DNA from: an uncultured Chloroflexia bacterium
GTDB taxonomy: Bacteria; Chloroflexota; Limnocylindria; Limnocylindrales; CSP1-4
Length of the DNA stretch: 64,000 nt
Direction of reading: 5' to 3'
Assembly: GCA_963734535.1 (NCBI GenBank)
Contig: CAVTHS010000014.1
Span: 32,001-96,000 of the forward strand
The translations under genes and the position numbers were made by a program. The notes below the pieces were generated by a model. That model made no database searches, was not told the origin of the DNA, and was given only the letters and a program-made list of their open reading frames with translations. Of the stretch, positions 53,055-63,131 are shown one piece after another. Position 1 is the stretch's first letter. Every line of letters begins with the position of its first letter.

Positions 53055-53863
53055 TGACGTGGAAGGTTCTGAGCGATCCAGCTGACACAACCGCCGCTGC
53101 CCGCGATCTCGCGCCGCAGCGCCGGCAGCGCATCCGCTCGATCGTCGATTCGCGGCGCGCCGCGCGGCTCGAGGAGCTGAGCGCGTCGCTGGGGGTCTCC
53201 CAGGCGACGGTCCGCCGTGACCTCGACGCCCTGGCGATGGAGGGCCGGCTGCGCCGCGTCCACGGTGGGGCCGTGGCGCTGGACGAGCGGCCCAGCGAGC
53301 TTCACTTCGACGTCAAGGCCGTCGAAGCCGCGGAGGAGAAGGCCCGCATCGCCGCGCGGGCCGTCGCGCTGCTCTCGCCCGACGACACCATCTACCTGGA
53401 CAGCGGCAGCACGGTCCTCGAGGCCGCGCGGCTGCTCCGCGGGTGGGACCGCCTGACGGTCGTCACGAACAGCCTGCCGGCCGCGATGGAGCTGGCTGGC
53501 CGGGGGCCGCGGCTCATCGTCATCGGGGGCGAGTTCCGCGCGACGAGCCAGGCGCTGGTCGGGCCGCTCACGCACCTCCTCCTCGACGCGCTCCACGTGG
53601 ACCGCGCCCTCATCGGGACGTTCGCGTTCTCGCTCGAGGAGGGCCTCACGACCACGGACCCGGCGGAGGCGTACACGAAAGAGCTGGTCCTGGGGCGGTC
53701 GCGCGAGGTGATCCTGCTCGCCGACAGCCGGAAGGTCGGCACGCGCTCCTTCGTGAGCTCGGGCCGGCTGGAGGCGATCGACATCCTCGTCACGGATACC
53801 GGGATCGACGAGCGCGTGGTGCGCAGCCTCGAGCGCCGGGGCGTCAAGGTGATCAAGGCATGA
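53054..53863 (+). CDS. DeoR/GlpR family regulator
   Basis: LGVSQATVRRDL..RRVHGGA, EKARIA, YLDSGST, VVTNS, LADSRK. Confidence 0.93.
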   Translation: MTWKVLSDPADTTAAARDLAPQRRQRIRSIVDSRRAARLEELSASLGVSQATVRRDLDALAMEGRLRRVHGGAVALDERPSELHFDVKAVEAAEEKARIAARAVALLSPDDTIYLDSGSTVLEAARLLRGWDRLTVVTNSLPAAMELAGRGPRLIVIGGEFRATSQALVGPLTHLLLDALHVDRALIGTFAFSLEEGLTTTDPAEAYTKELVLGRSREVILLADSRKVGTRSFVSSGRLEAIDILVTDTGIDERVVRSLERRGVKVIKA

Positions 53864-53913
53864 GCGCCGGCTCGGCCCGCTCGGGCGGGCACGGCGTGGA
53901 ATCGGAGGTCTCG

Positions 53914-56218
53914 ATGACAACGGCGGCCGCCTATCGGAGCGACCATGGACCCGACACGGCGCTCTTCGAGGAGTCCGTCGGGACCATCACGGGCTTCGCC
54001 TACGCGGGCACGCTCGCGACGGAGATCGCCGACGGCGGCATCACCGGTGCGGAGGCGCTCGAGCTGTTCGACGACATGCTCGCCATCCGCGAGCTCGAGG
54101 AGATGATCGTCCGCCTCCGGTCCGGTGGCTACGACCCGCTCCCGAGCTATGAGTACCGCGGCCCGACGCACGTCTCGATCGGGCAGGAAGCCTCGCCCGT
54201 CGGGAGCCTGCAGCCTGCTGCGGATCGACGACAACATCACGAGCTCGCACCGCGGGCATGGCGATGCGGTCGCCAAGGGCTTCGCGGCGATCCGACGGAT
54301 GTCCGACGAGGCGCTGCGCGCCCGCGTCCCGTCCTCGGCCGGCGGCACCCACGAAGAGCTGCTGGAGGCGGCGCTCGAGGAGCACGTCTACCACGTGATC
54401 GCGGAGCTGTTCGGCAAGGAGACGGGCTACAGCGCCGGCCGCGGCGGCGGGATGCACATCGGCGACTTCTCGACGGGCAACCTCGGCGCCAACGCGATCG
54501 TGGGCGGCAGCGTGCCCATCGCCACCGGCGCGGCGATGGCACATCGCTACGACCGGTCGGACCGCGTCGTGTGCTGCTTCGCCGGGGACGGCGCCTACGC
54601 CAACGGCGTGGTCCTCGAGTCGCTCAACTGGGCGGCCCAGGCGCAGTGGACGAACCACCTCGCCGGCGACAACGCGTACGGGCTCCCCGTCATCTACTTC
54701 ATCCAGAACAACCACTACGGGATGACCCACCACACGGACGAAGAGGTGATGGGAGTCCGGCACCTGGCACGCCGCGCCGCCGGATTCTCCGAGGACAACA
54801 TGCACGCCGAGACGGTCGACGGGATGGACGTTCTCGCCGTGCGCGACGCGGTCCGGCGCGCTGCCGCGCTGTGCCGGGCGGGCCACGGCCCGGTCCTCAT
54901 CGAGGCGAGCACCTACCGCTACTACGGGCACTCGCTCTCGGACCCCCGCAACGAGTACCGGACGCGCGAGGAGGAGGCCGCCTGGCGGGCGGTCGACGCG
55001 ATCGAACGCCTCAAGCTGCAGATCGTCGACGCCGGCGTGGCCGACGAGGCCGGGGTCGCGGCGGTCGAGACGAAGGTGCGCGAGCGCAACGCGCGCGCCG
55101 CGGTCCGCGCCTCGCAGGCCGCCGACCCGGATCCGGCCGAGGCCCTGAAGTACCTCTACACCGACACGGCCTCGGACGTGGTCCCCGCCGGGCGGGGCGA
55201 CGTGGTGCCGTTCGCGTCGGTCCCCCCGGCCAAGCGCGACGCGGACGGCGCGATCACCTATCGAGACGCGATCCGCGATGCGCTCGCCGAGGAGATGATC
55301 CGCGACCGCCGGGTCCTCTTCTACGGCGAGGATGTCGCCGACTACGGCGGCGCGTTCAAGCTCACGAAAGGCCTCCTCGAAGCGTTCGGGCGCGATCGGG
55401 TCTTCAACACGCCGATCTCCGAGGCCTGCATCTGCGGCACCGCCGTCGGTGCCGCGATCGTCGGCCTCCGGCCGGTCGTCGAGCTGATGTACATGGACTT
55501 CGCGCTCATGGCGTCGGACCAGATCGCGAACCAGGCCGCCAAGTGGCACTACATGAGCGGCGGCCAGGTGGAGGTCCCGCTCGTGATCCGGGCGTCCGTC
55601 GGGGCCGGCAAGGGCTACGGCGGGCAGCACAGCCAGTCGCTCGAGAGCCTCTTCACCCATCTTCCGGGCATCTACGTCATCTACCCGTCGAACCCCGCGG
55701 ACGCGAAGGGCCTCCTGAAGTCGGCGATCCGGACCAACAACCCGGTTCTCTTCGTCGAGAGCCAGGGGCTCTACCCGACGAAGGGCGTCGTCCCGGAGGA
55801 CGAGGTCCTTGTCCCGATCGGGGTCGCCCGGGTCGCGCGCGAGGGCAGCGACCTGACGATCGTGAGCTGGGGCCCGGCCGTGCCGGACGCGCTGGCCGCG
55901 GCCGATCGCCTCGAGGCCGAGGACGGCGTCGGGGCGGAGGTCATCGACCTGCGCAGCCTCGTGCCGCTCGACATGGAGACCGTCCTCGCGTCCGTCCGCA
56001 AGACCGGCCGCTGCGTCGTCGCGAGCCAGGCGATCCTGGTCGGCAGCTACGTCAACGAGATCGTCGCGCGCATCCAGCTCGAGGCCTTCGACTTCCTCGA
56101 CGCGCCGGTCGCGCGGATCGGCGCGCAGGCCGGGATCTCGCCGCAGGCCGAGAGCCTGGAGCGGGCCTTCCTGCCCAACGCCGGCGACATCTACGCCGCG
56201 GCGAAGGGCCTCCTGTGA
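53914..56218 (+). CDS. Fused E1 alpha/beta 2-oxoacid/acetoin dehydrogenase (TPP-dependent), frameshift near 54210
   Basis: HVSIGQEA, HRGHG, GRGGGMH, GDGA..NNHYG, YRYYGHS; beta part GEDV, TPISEA, ELMYMDF, QHSQS, VIDLRSLVPLD. Confidence 0.88.
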
Positions 56219-56273
56219 GCGGGGCGCACGTCGCTTCACGGCGTCCGCTGACGAGAGAGAAGAGGACCCAGCC

Positions 56274-57633
56274 ATGGCGCACGCGATCCTCATGCCGAAG
56301 CCCGGCCAGATGACCGAGGAATGCACGGTCATCGCCTGGCACAAGAAGGAAGGCGACCCGGTCAAGAGGGGCGACATCCTCTTCGAGATCGAGACGGACA
56401 AGTCCACCATGGAGGTCGAGGCGTTCGACGACGGCGTCCTCCTCAAGATCGTCGCTGCCGAGGGCGCCACCGTCCCGGTGAACACCGTCACCGCCTACGT
56501 CGGCCAGCCCGGCGAGGCGATCCCGGAGGCGGCGCCGGCCGCCGTCCCGGCCGTTCCCGCGGCCCCGGCACCGACCGCCCCGCCGCCTGCCCTCGTGGCC
56601 GAACCCGCGGCCGCGCCGGCTCCATCGAGAGCTGCTCCGGCTTCATCGAGCCTCGTGCCCGCTCCGGCGCGCGGAGGCCGCAACGGGAGACCGCCTGCGG
56701 ATCAGCCCGCGCGCGAGCCGTGCGGCGGCCGAGGCGGGGATCGATCCCCGCACGATCCCCGGCAGCGGCCCCGGCGGACGGATCACCGAGCGCGACGTCC
56801 TGGCCGCGGTCGCCGTTCCGGCGCCGATCGCAGCACCCAGCCCAGCGAGAACCAGCCCCGTCCAGGCGGCCGCCGCCGCCTCGACGGCGAGGAGCATCGG
56901 TGCCCCAGCGGCTGCTCCGCTCACGACCGGCCCGGTCGACGGCGAGGAGGAGCCGCGGCCGCTCAGCCGGATGCGCCGGGTCATCGCCGATCGCCTGACC
57001 CAAAGCTGGACGTCGACGCCGCACTTCACCGTGACCGTCGCAGTGGACGTGACCCGCCTGCTCGCGCTCCGCGCGGAGCTCAAGGCCGCCGGCACGAACC
57101 TCACCGTCACGGACTTCGTCCTGGCAGCCACCGCCCAGACGCTCGCCGAGTTCCCGGACGTGAACTCCCGGACCGACGGCGTCTCGGTCTGGACCCGTCG
57201 TCGGGTTCACCTCGGCGTGGCCGTGGCGCTGCCGGGAGGCCTGGTCGTCCCCGTGATCCGGGACGCCGATCGACTGTCCATCGGCGAGCTCCACGAGCGG
57301 GCGGTCGCGCTGGCAAGCGCGGCACGCGAGGGCACCCTCCCCGTCGACGAGATGACGGGCAGCACGTTCACCGTCTCCAATCTCGGCATGTTCGGGGTCG
57401 AGGAGTTCAGCGCGATCATCAACCCAGGCGAGGCGGCGATCCTCGCGGTCTCCAGCGCGATCCCCACGGCGGTCGCGATCGGCGACGGGCTGGCCGTGCG
57501 GACGATCATGAAGCTCACCCTCTCCGCTGACCACCGCCTCGTCGACGGCGAGATGGGGGCGCGCTTCCTCGGCGCCCTCCGGCGCCGGCTCGAGGACGCC
57601 GGGTCCTTCCGCCAGGAGGCGCTGAACGCCTGA
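56274..57633 (+). CDS. Dihydrolipoamide acyltransferase E2 (frameshift near 56690)
   Basis: Lipoyl EIETDKSTMEV, E3-binding GSGPGGRITERDV, STFTVSNLGMFG, DHRLVDG. Confidence 0.9.
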
Positions 57634-57799
57634 CTCGCGCGCCCGGACACGGGGCCCGCGGAGGATGGACCAGTCGGCCTTGTCGCGGCCGCCTGTCACC
57701 GGGGAAGATACGGGTGGCAATCCTCGTCGCCCGATCGGCGACCCCGGCGCCGAACGGGCCGGGTATCGGGCCAGAGCGAAGTCGACTGGGAGGAGCAGC

Positions 57800-58741
57800 A
57801 TGATCCTCGTCACCGGGGAAGCGCTCATCGACCTGGTTCCCGCGACCGCCTGCGACGAGCCTGCCTACGTCGCGCGCGCCGGCGGGTCCTCGTTCAACGT
57901 CGCCATGGGCCTTGGCCGGCTCGGGGCTCCCGTCGGGTTCCTGGGACGGATCTCGACCGACCGGTTCGGAAGGATGCTGCGCGGCCGCCTCGAGGCCGAC
58001 GGCGTGGACTGCTCGCTCGTGGAGGACGGCGACGAGCCGACGACCCTGGCGGTGGTCCAGATCGAGGCGGGCAGCGAGCCGGTCTACGTGTTCTACGGCG
58101 AGGGCACCGCGGACCGCATGTTCGGCACCGATCACGCTCTGGCCGAGCTCCCGGACGAGGTGACCGCCCTCCATCTCGGCTCGATCTCCATGGTCCGCGA
58201 GCCTGGCGCGTCGGCCTTCGAGGCCCTCATGCGCCGCGAGCATGGGCGCCGCGTTCTGACCCTGGATCCGAACATCCGGCCCAGCCTCGTGGGCGAGAGA
58301 ACGGCGTACCTCTCGCGCCTCGAGGGCTGGGTCTCCCTGGCCGACATCGTCAAGGTCAGCCAGGCGGACCTCGAATGGCTCTACCCGGGAGCTGAACCCG
58401 ACTCCGCGGCCGCGGCGTGGCTGGCGCGCGGCCCGGGTCTCGTGGTCGTGACGAGGGGCCATGACGGCGTCCTCGGCATGACAGGCCGGGACCGTGTCGA
58501 GGTCGCCGGCACGCAGGTCGTCGTCTCGGACACCGTGGGGGCCGGCGACTCGTTCACCTCGGGCCTCCTTGCCTGGTTGCACGAAGCCGGCAGGCTCGAA
58601 CAATCGAGCATCCGGGAGATCCCGGCGGAGGAGCTGCGCGACTGCCTGGCGTTCGCGAACAGGGCCGCCGCGATCACCTGCACCCGGGCAGGCGCCCAGC
58701 CACCCACCCGCGCCGAGATGGACGCCTCGAACCCGGCCTGA
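57800..58741 (+). CDS. PfkB family carbohydrate kinase (fructokinase-like)
   Basis: GEALIDL, GGSSFNVA, LDPNIRP, IVKVS..D, DTVGAGDSF. Confidence 0.9.
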   Translation: MILVTGEALIDLVPATACDEPAYVARAGGSSFNVAMGLGRLGAPVGFLGRISTDRFGRMLRGRLEADGVDCSLVEDGDEPTTLAVVQIEAGSEPVYVFYGEGTADRMFGTDHALAELPDEVTALHLGSISMVREPGASAFEALMRREHGRRVLTLDPNIRPSLVGERTAYLSRLEGWVSLADIVKVSQADLEWLYPGAEPDSAAAAWLARGPGLVVVTRGHDGVLGMTGRDRVEVAGTQVVVSDTVGAGDSFTSGLLAWLHEAGRLEQSSIREIPAEELRDCLAFANRAAAITCTRAGAQPPTRAEMDASNPA

Positions 58742-59008
58742 CGACGGACCAGCCGCTGGGGCGTTTCTCCGTGTTCCACCCCTGCCATCTGTTGCCGGGC
58801 TGGCCCGCGCGCCGGAACCTGTTAGGCCCGGCATCGCGGTTGCGCCACGCCTCGGCGGCACGTGGGGTGTGCGTGCCACAGACGCAACTGGAGGTCCCAT
58901 CCCGGCACCTCCGGGCGCTGACAGCGCCATGGGGGCCCGGGTGGGAACGACATGGGCATTCCGGATCTGCACCACGAGGAGACCCTCTGGACAAAGCCCA
59001 AGGAGACA

Positions 59009-59036
59009 TGGTAACGTTACCACGCTAACGTTACCA
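59009..59036. promoter_or_regulatory. Tandem LacI-family operators
   Basis: Perfect palindrome TGGTAACGTTACCA (59009-59022) directly followed by CGCTAACGTTACCA (59023-59036), upstream of a LacI gene. Confidence 0.85.
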
Positions 59037-59084
59037 CTCGGCGCTCGGAAGCCGCCGACGGTAGCTTCTGATGGAGCCGAGTCG

Positions 59085-60131
59085 GTGCCAACAATCGTCG
59101 ACGTCGCGAGTCGAGCCGGAGTCTCCGCCATCACCGTTTCTCGTGTCGTGAACAACTCGGGCCCGGTGAGCAGCCAGGTTCGAGCTCGAGTCGAACAGGC
59201 CATCGCCGAGATCGGATACGTGCCCAACTCGGTTGCCCGGAGCCTGCGCTCAAAGCGGACCGACACGATCGCGCTGGTCCTCACCGACATGACGAACCCG
59301 TTCTTCACCACGGTCGCGCGGGGAGTGGAGGACGCGGCAAGCGACGCCGGCCTCATGCTGTTCATCTGCAACACCGACGAGCGCGATGCGGACGAACAGC
59401 GCTATGTGCGGATGATCCTGCAGAGGCAGGCGGACGGGATCCTGCTCGTGCCGGCTCGGGGCGGCGTGGCGGCGATCAAGCAGTGTCGCGATCACGAAAC
59501 GCCCGTCGTCGTCATCGACCGACGGCTCAGGGAAGGCGTCGCGGATGTCGTTCGTGCCAATTCGAAGGGGGGAGCACTTGACCTGGGCCGGTTCCTCGTG
59601 TCACTCGGGCACGCGAGGGCGGCGGTGCTGAGCGGGCCCCGATCGGTGTCAACCGCCGACGACCGGGTGGCCGGCTTCCGTGCGGCGTTTGCCGAGGCGC
59701 ACCAGGCTGAACCCCCACGCGTCTTCCGGGGCGAGTACACGATCGAGAGCGGACGCGCGATGGCCAGGCAAGCGATGGCCGTGACCCCTCGCCCGACGGC
59801 GCTCTTCGCGGCAAACAACTTCATCGCGATCGGCGTCCTGCAGGAACTCGACGAGATGCATGTCCGCGTGCCGGAAGACGTCGCCGTGGTGGCCTTCGAT
59901 GACCTGCCGCCAGCCATGGTGACGTTTCCCTTCCTCACGGTGGCGGCCCAGCCGGCCTACGAGATGGGACAGCGGAGTGTCGCCATGCTGCTCGATCGCA
60001 TGTCGGCCGGCGCGACGGAGAAGTTCCACGAAGTCATCCTCCCCACGCAATTGGTGGTTCGGCGCTCGAGCGGGGACGTTCTCAGGAAGGAACGGAACCC
60101 GGATTCCCGGTCGGCCGTCGGCGCCCGCTAG
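59085..60131 (+). CDS. LacI family regulator
   Basis: PTIVDVASRAGVSAITVSRVVN, GYVPN..ARSL, NPFF, VPEDVAVVAFDD. Confidence 0.93.
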   Translation: MPTIVDVASRAGVSAITVSRVVNNSGPVSSQVRARVEQAIAEIGYVPNSVARSLRSKRTDTIALVLTDMTNPFFTTVARGVEDAASDAGLMLFICNTDERDADEQRYVRMILQRQADGILLVPARGGVAAIKQCRDHETPVVVIDRRLREGVADVVRANSKGGALDLGRFLVSLGHARAAVLSGPRSVSTADDRVAGFRAAFAEAHQAEPPRVFRGEYTIESGRAMARQAMAVTPRPTALFAANNFIAIGVLQELDEMHVRVPEDVAVVAFDDLPPAMVTFPFLTVAAQPAYEMGQRSVAMLLDRMSAGATEKFHEVILPTQLVVRRSSGDVLRKERNPDSRSAVGAR

Positions 60132-60192
60132 GGGCACCGCATCCGTGATCCAGTCGGCGACTCGAATGACGTGGCATGAAAGGTGAAGTGAA

Positions 60193-61254
60193 ATGACCAA
60201 CGGGACCGGCGGCCAGGTGCTTGGCAGCGACATCGAGCGTAGCCTCGATCGCGACGACCTCATCGTCATTACGGGCGCCGGCGGGTTCATCGCGGGCTCG
60301 CTCGTCCGGTACTTCCACGACCTCGGCTACACGCGGATCCGGGCGATCGACCGGAAGCCGCTCCCCGAGTGGTACCAGCGCGTGCCCGGCGTGGAATGCC
60401 TGTCGATGGACCTGAGCCACGAAGCCAATGCGATCCGGGCGGTGGAAGGAGCCACCGAGGTCTACAACCTCGCCGCGGACATGGGCGGGATGGGGTTCAT
60501 CGAGCAATTCCGGGTGGAATGCCTGCGCAGCATCCTCGTCAACACGCACCTGACCGAGGCGTCCTACCGGGCCGGCGTGAAGCGATATTTCTTCTCGTCG
60601 TCCGCCTGTGCCTACAACACGGACCTCCAGAAGTCGCCCGACGTGATCGCGCTCAAGGAGTCCGACGCCTATCCGGCGATGGCCGAGCGTGGCTACGGAT
60701 GGGAGAAGTTGATCTCGGAGATGTTCTGCCAGGAGTACTGGGCGGAGCGCGGCCTCGAGACGCACATCGCGCGCTTCCACAACATCTACGGGCCCAATGG
60801 GACCTGGTTCGGCGGCCGGGAGAAGGCGCCCGCGGCGATGTGTCGCAAGGTGATCGAGGCCCAGGACACCGGCGACCTCCGGATCCAGATCTGGGGCGAC
60901 GGAAGCCAGACGCGAAGCTTCTGCTACATCGGCGATTGCGTGGTCGGGATTGACCGGATCATGCACTCCGAGGCGCTGATCGCGACCCCGATCAACCTCG
61001 GCTCCAGCGAGCTCGTCTCGATCAACGACCTCGTGTCGATCGTCGAGGAGATCGCGGGCGTGACGCTGGAGCGGTCCTACGATCTCGACGCCCCCAAGGG
61101 GGTGGCCGGTCGAAACAGTGACAACACGTTCATCCAGAGCGTCCTGGGCTGGGAACCTCGGACGCCCCTTCGTGACGGCATGGCCGCCACGTATGCCTGG
61201 ATTTCCGAGCAGTTCGCCGCCCGCAAGGCCGGCAAGGCAGTGGTGGAGGGCTGA
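60193..61254 (+). CDS. NAD-dependent NDP-sugar epimerase, GDP-mannose 3,5-epimerase-like
   Basis: TGAGGFIA, NLAADMGGMGFI, SSSAC.Y, YGWEK, RFHNIYGP, GGREKAPAAMCRK, WGDG.QTRSF, GV.GRNSDN. Confidence 0.88.
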   Translation: MTNGTGGQVLGSDIERSLDRDDLIVITGAGGFIAGSLVRYFHDLGYTRIRAIDRKPLPEWYQRVPGVECLSMDLSHEANAIRAVEGATEVYNLAADMGGMGFIEQFRVECLRSILVNTHLTEASYRAGVKRYFFSSSACAYNTDLQKSPDVIALKESDAYPAMAERGYGWEKLISEMFCQEYWAERGLETHIARFHNIYGPNGTWFGGREKAPAAMCRKVIEAQDTGDLRIQIWGDGSQTRSFCYIGDCVVGIDRIMHSEALIATPINLGSSELVSINDLVSIVEEIAGVTLERSYDLDAPKGVAGRNSDNTFIQSVLGWEPRTPLRDGMAATYAWISEQFAARKAGKAVVEG

Positions 61255-61259
61255 TCCTG

Positions 61260-62135
61260 ATGCCGCGTCCGCCCGACGGGACCCCTGGGGGACCCGACGG
61301 CGCGATCGACCGTGCCGGGGCCGACCGGCCGGTTGATGCGACGTCGCCGACGCCGGGGTTTGACGACGTGATCGGCCGCCTGCCGTACCGCCTCCAGCTC
61401 GCCGGCGGGTGGATCGACCAACCCTTCGTGTCCGCATGCAACCCGGAACCGCCGGGCTCCATGGTGGTCGTATCGCTGCAGCCGTCACTCCGCTTCATGG
61501 ACCGGAGTGGCATGGCCACCGGGACGCGAGCACGCGCGTTCGCGCTGTGGGGCGACCAGGTGCCTCCGAGCCCCGAACCGATGGCCCTGGTCCGAGAGCT
61601 CTATACCGCCGAGAATGCGGGGCAGGCGGAGCCGTCCGGCTCACAGGACATGATCGGGGTGATCTATCCGGGCGTGAGCCGCCTCGACTACGACGCTGCT
61701 GTCGACGGCGGCTGGTTTCCGAGCCACATCGAGTCCAGCCGCGATGAGGGTGTGGCGCGGTGGCTGGAGACGCGGATTCACCTGATCGCCGTGGCGCCGC
61801 GACCTCCGGGGTACGGGCCCCTCGGGGTGAAGCGAATCGATCCGGAATGGGTTCGCCGACTGGGCCAGAGCGGCAAGGACTGCTTCGACGCCATCGTCGG
61901 GCACGACCTCGCGTCGCTGGGCGCCTCCATGAACGAATGCTCCCGGTGCTGGGATGCGCTCCTGCCCCACACGCTGGCCCACCCCACGATCACCGTCGAC
62001 CTCAAGGCGCTCCTCGCCTGGTACCAGGCGAGATACGCCGGCGCGATGTACTCCGGTTGCGGTGGCGGTTATCTCGTCGTCGCATCCGCCGAGGACGTGC
62101 CCGGATCCTTCCGGATCTCGGTCAGGACGGAGTAG
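61260..62135 (+). CDS. GHMP-family sugar kinase (HddA/fucokinase-like, divergent)
   Basis: PYRLQLAGGWIDQP, SGMATGT, SGSQD, YSGCGGGY. Confidence 0.7.
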   Translation: MPRPPDGTPGGPDGAIDRAGADRPVDATSPTPGFDDVIGRLPYRLQLAGGWIDQPFVSACNPEPPGSMVVVSLQPSLRFMDRSGMATGTRARAFALWGDQVPPSPEPMALVRELYTAENAGQAEPSGSQDMIGVIYPGVSRLDYDAAVDGGWFPSHIESSRDEGVARWLETRIHLIAVAPRPPGYGPLGVKRIDPEWVRRLGQSGKDCFDAIVGHDLASLGASMNECSRCWDALLPHTLAHPTITVDLKALLAWYQARYAGAMYSGCGGGYLVVASAEDVPGSFRISVRTE

Positions 62136-62141
62136 GGAACG

Positions 62142-62996
62142 GTGACCGACACGGCGCCGTCAGCCCGCGAGGTCGCCGAGGCGACACGTCGGGTCGTGGT
62201 CTCTCGGAGCCTTGACAACCTGCAGTCCCAGGACGTGCGGTTCCTCCAGGAGGCCGCGCGGCTGGGGAGCGTCCGCCTCGAACTCTGGTCCGACGCGCTG
62301 GTGCGGTCCATGACCGGGCGCCCACCCTTCTTCCCGGAGCAGGAGCGGCTCTTCCTCGCGCAGGCGCTGCGCGATGTCGACAGTGCCGCCGTGGTGGAGC
62401 GACCCACGCGCGCGACGCTGCCGGACCTCGCGGGCCGCGTGGCCACGCTGGCCGTCCCGGAGGCCGAGGATGACCCGGATCTTCGCGCCCGTTGCCTCGC
62501 CCTTGGCATCGACTACCGCGTCATCGAAGCCGACCAGCTGGCTGGCTTCCCACCGGTGAGCGAGACCCCCGCTGCCCCGCGCGGCGGGAAGCGGGTCGTG
62601 GTCACCGGCTGCTTCGACTGGCTCCATTCGGGCCACGTCCGGTTCTTCCTGGATGCCGCCGCGCACGGCGATCTCTACGTGATCGTGGGCAGCGACGACA
62701 ACGTCAGGCTCCTCAAGGGCCCCGGGCATCCGCTGCGGGGTCAGGAGGAGCGCCGGTACATGGTCCAGTCCGTGCGCTGCGTGCGCCGCTGCCTGGTCTC
62801 GACCGGCACGGGCTGGATGGACGCCGAGCCCGAGATCGAGGCGATCGCGCCGCACGTCTACGTCGTGAACGAGGACGGCGACCAGCAGGAGAAGCGCGAC
62901 TTCTGTCGGGCCCACGGCCTGGACTACCTGGTGCTCGAGCGCAGGCCGCACGCGAACCTGCCCCGGCGAACCAGCACCGAGCTGCGCGGCTACTGA
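62142..62996 (+). CDS. Cytidylyltransferase-family (HxGH) nucleotidyltransferase, tandem domains
   Basis: C-domain VTGCFDWLHSGHVRF..GSD..LKG..ER..YVVNEDG..RTST; degenerate N-domain SLDNLQSQDVRFL..PFFPEQER. Confidence 0.78.
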   Translation: MTDTAPSAREVAEATRRVVVSRSLDNLQSQDVRFLQEAARLGSVRLELWSDALVRSMTGRPPFFPEQERLFLAQALRDVDSAAVVERPTRATLPDLAGRVATLAVPEAEDDPDLRARCLALGIDYRVIEADQLAGFPPVSETPAAPRGGKRVVVTGCFDWLHSGHVRFFLDAAAHGDLYVIVGSDDNVRLLKGPGHPLRGQEERRYMVQSVRCVRRCLVSTGTGWMDAEPEIEAIAPHVYVVNEDGDQQEKRDFCRAHGLDYLVLERRPHANLPRRTSTELRGY

Positions 62997-63131
62997 TGTG
63001 CTCCGATGACCGCGGGTGCGTGATCGCCGCCGGCCCTCGCTCGTCGGGCCGCTCGCCGACCAGGAAGCGGACGCGTGAAGAGGCAGCCGAGTGAAGACGG
63101 CAGCCCGCCCCCGGGACCGGGGAATCGATCG

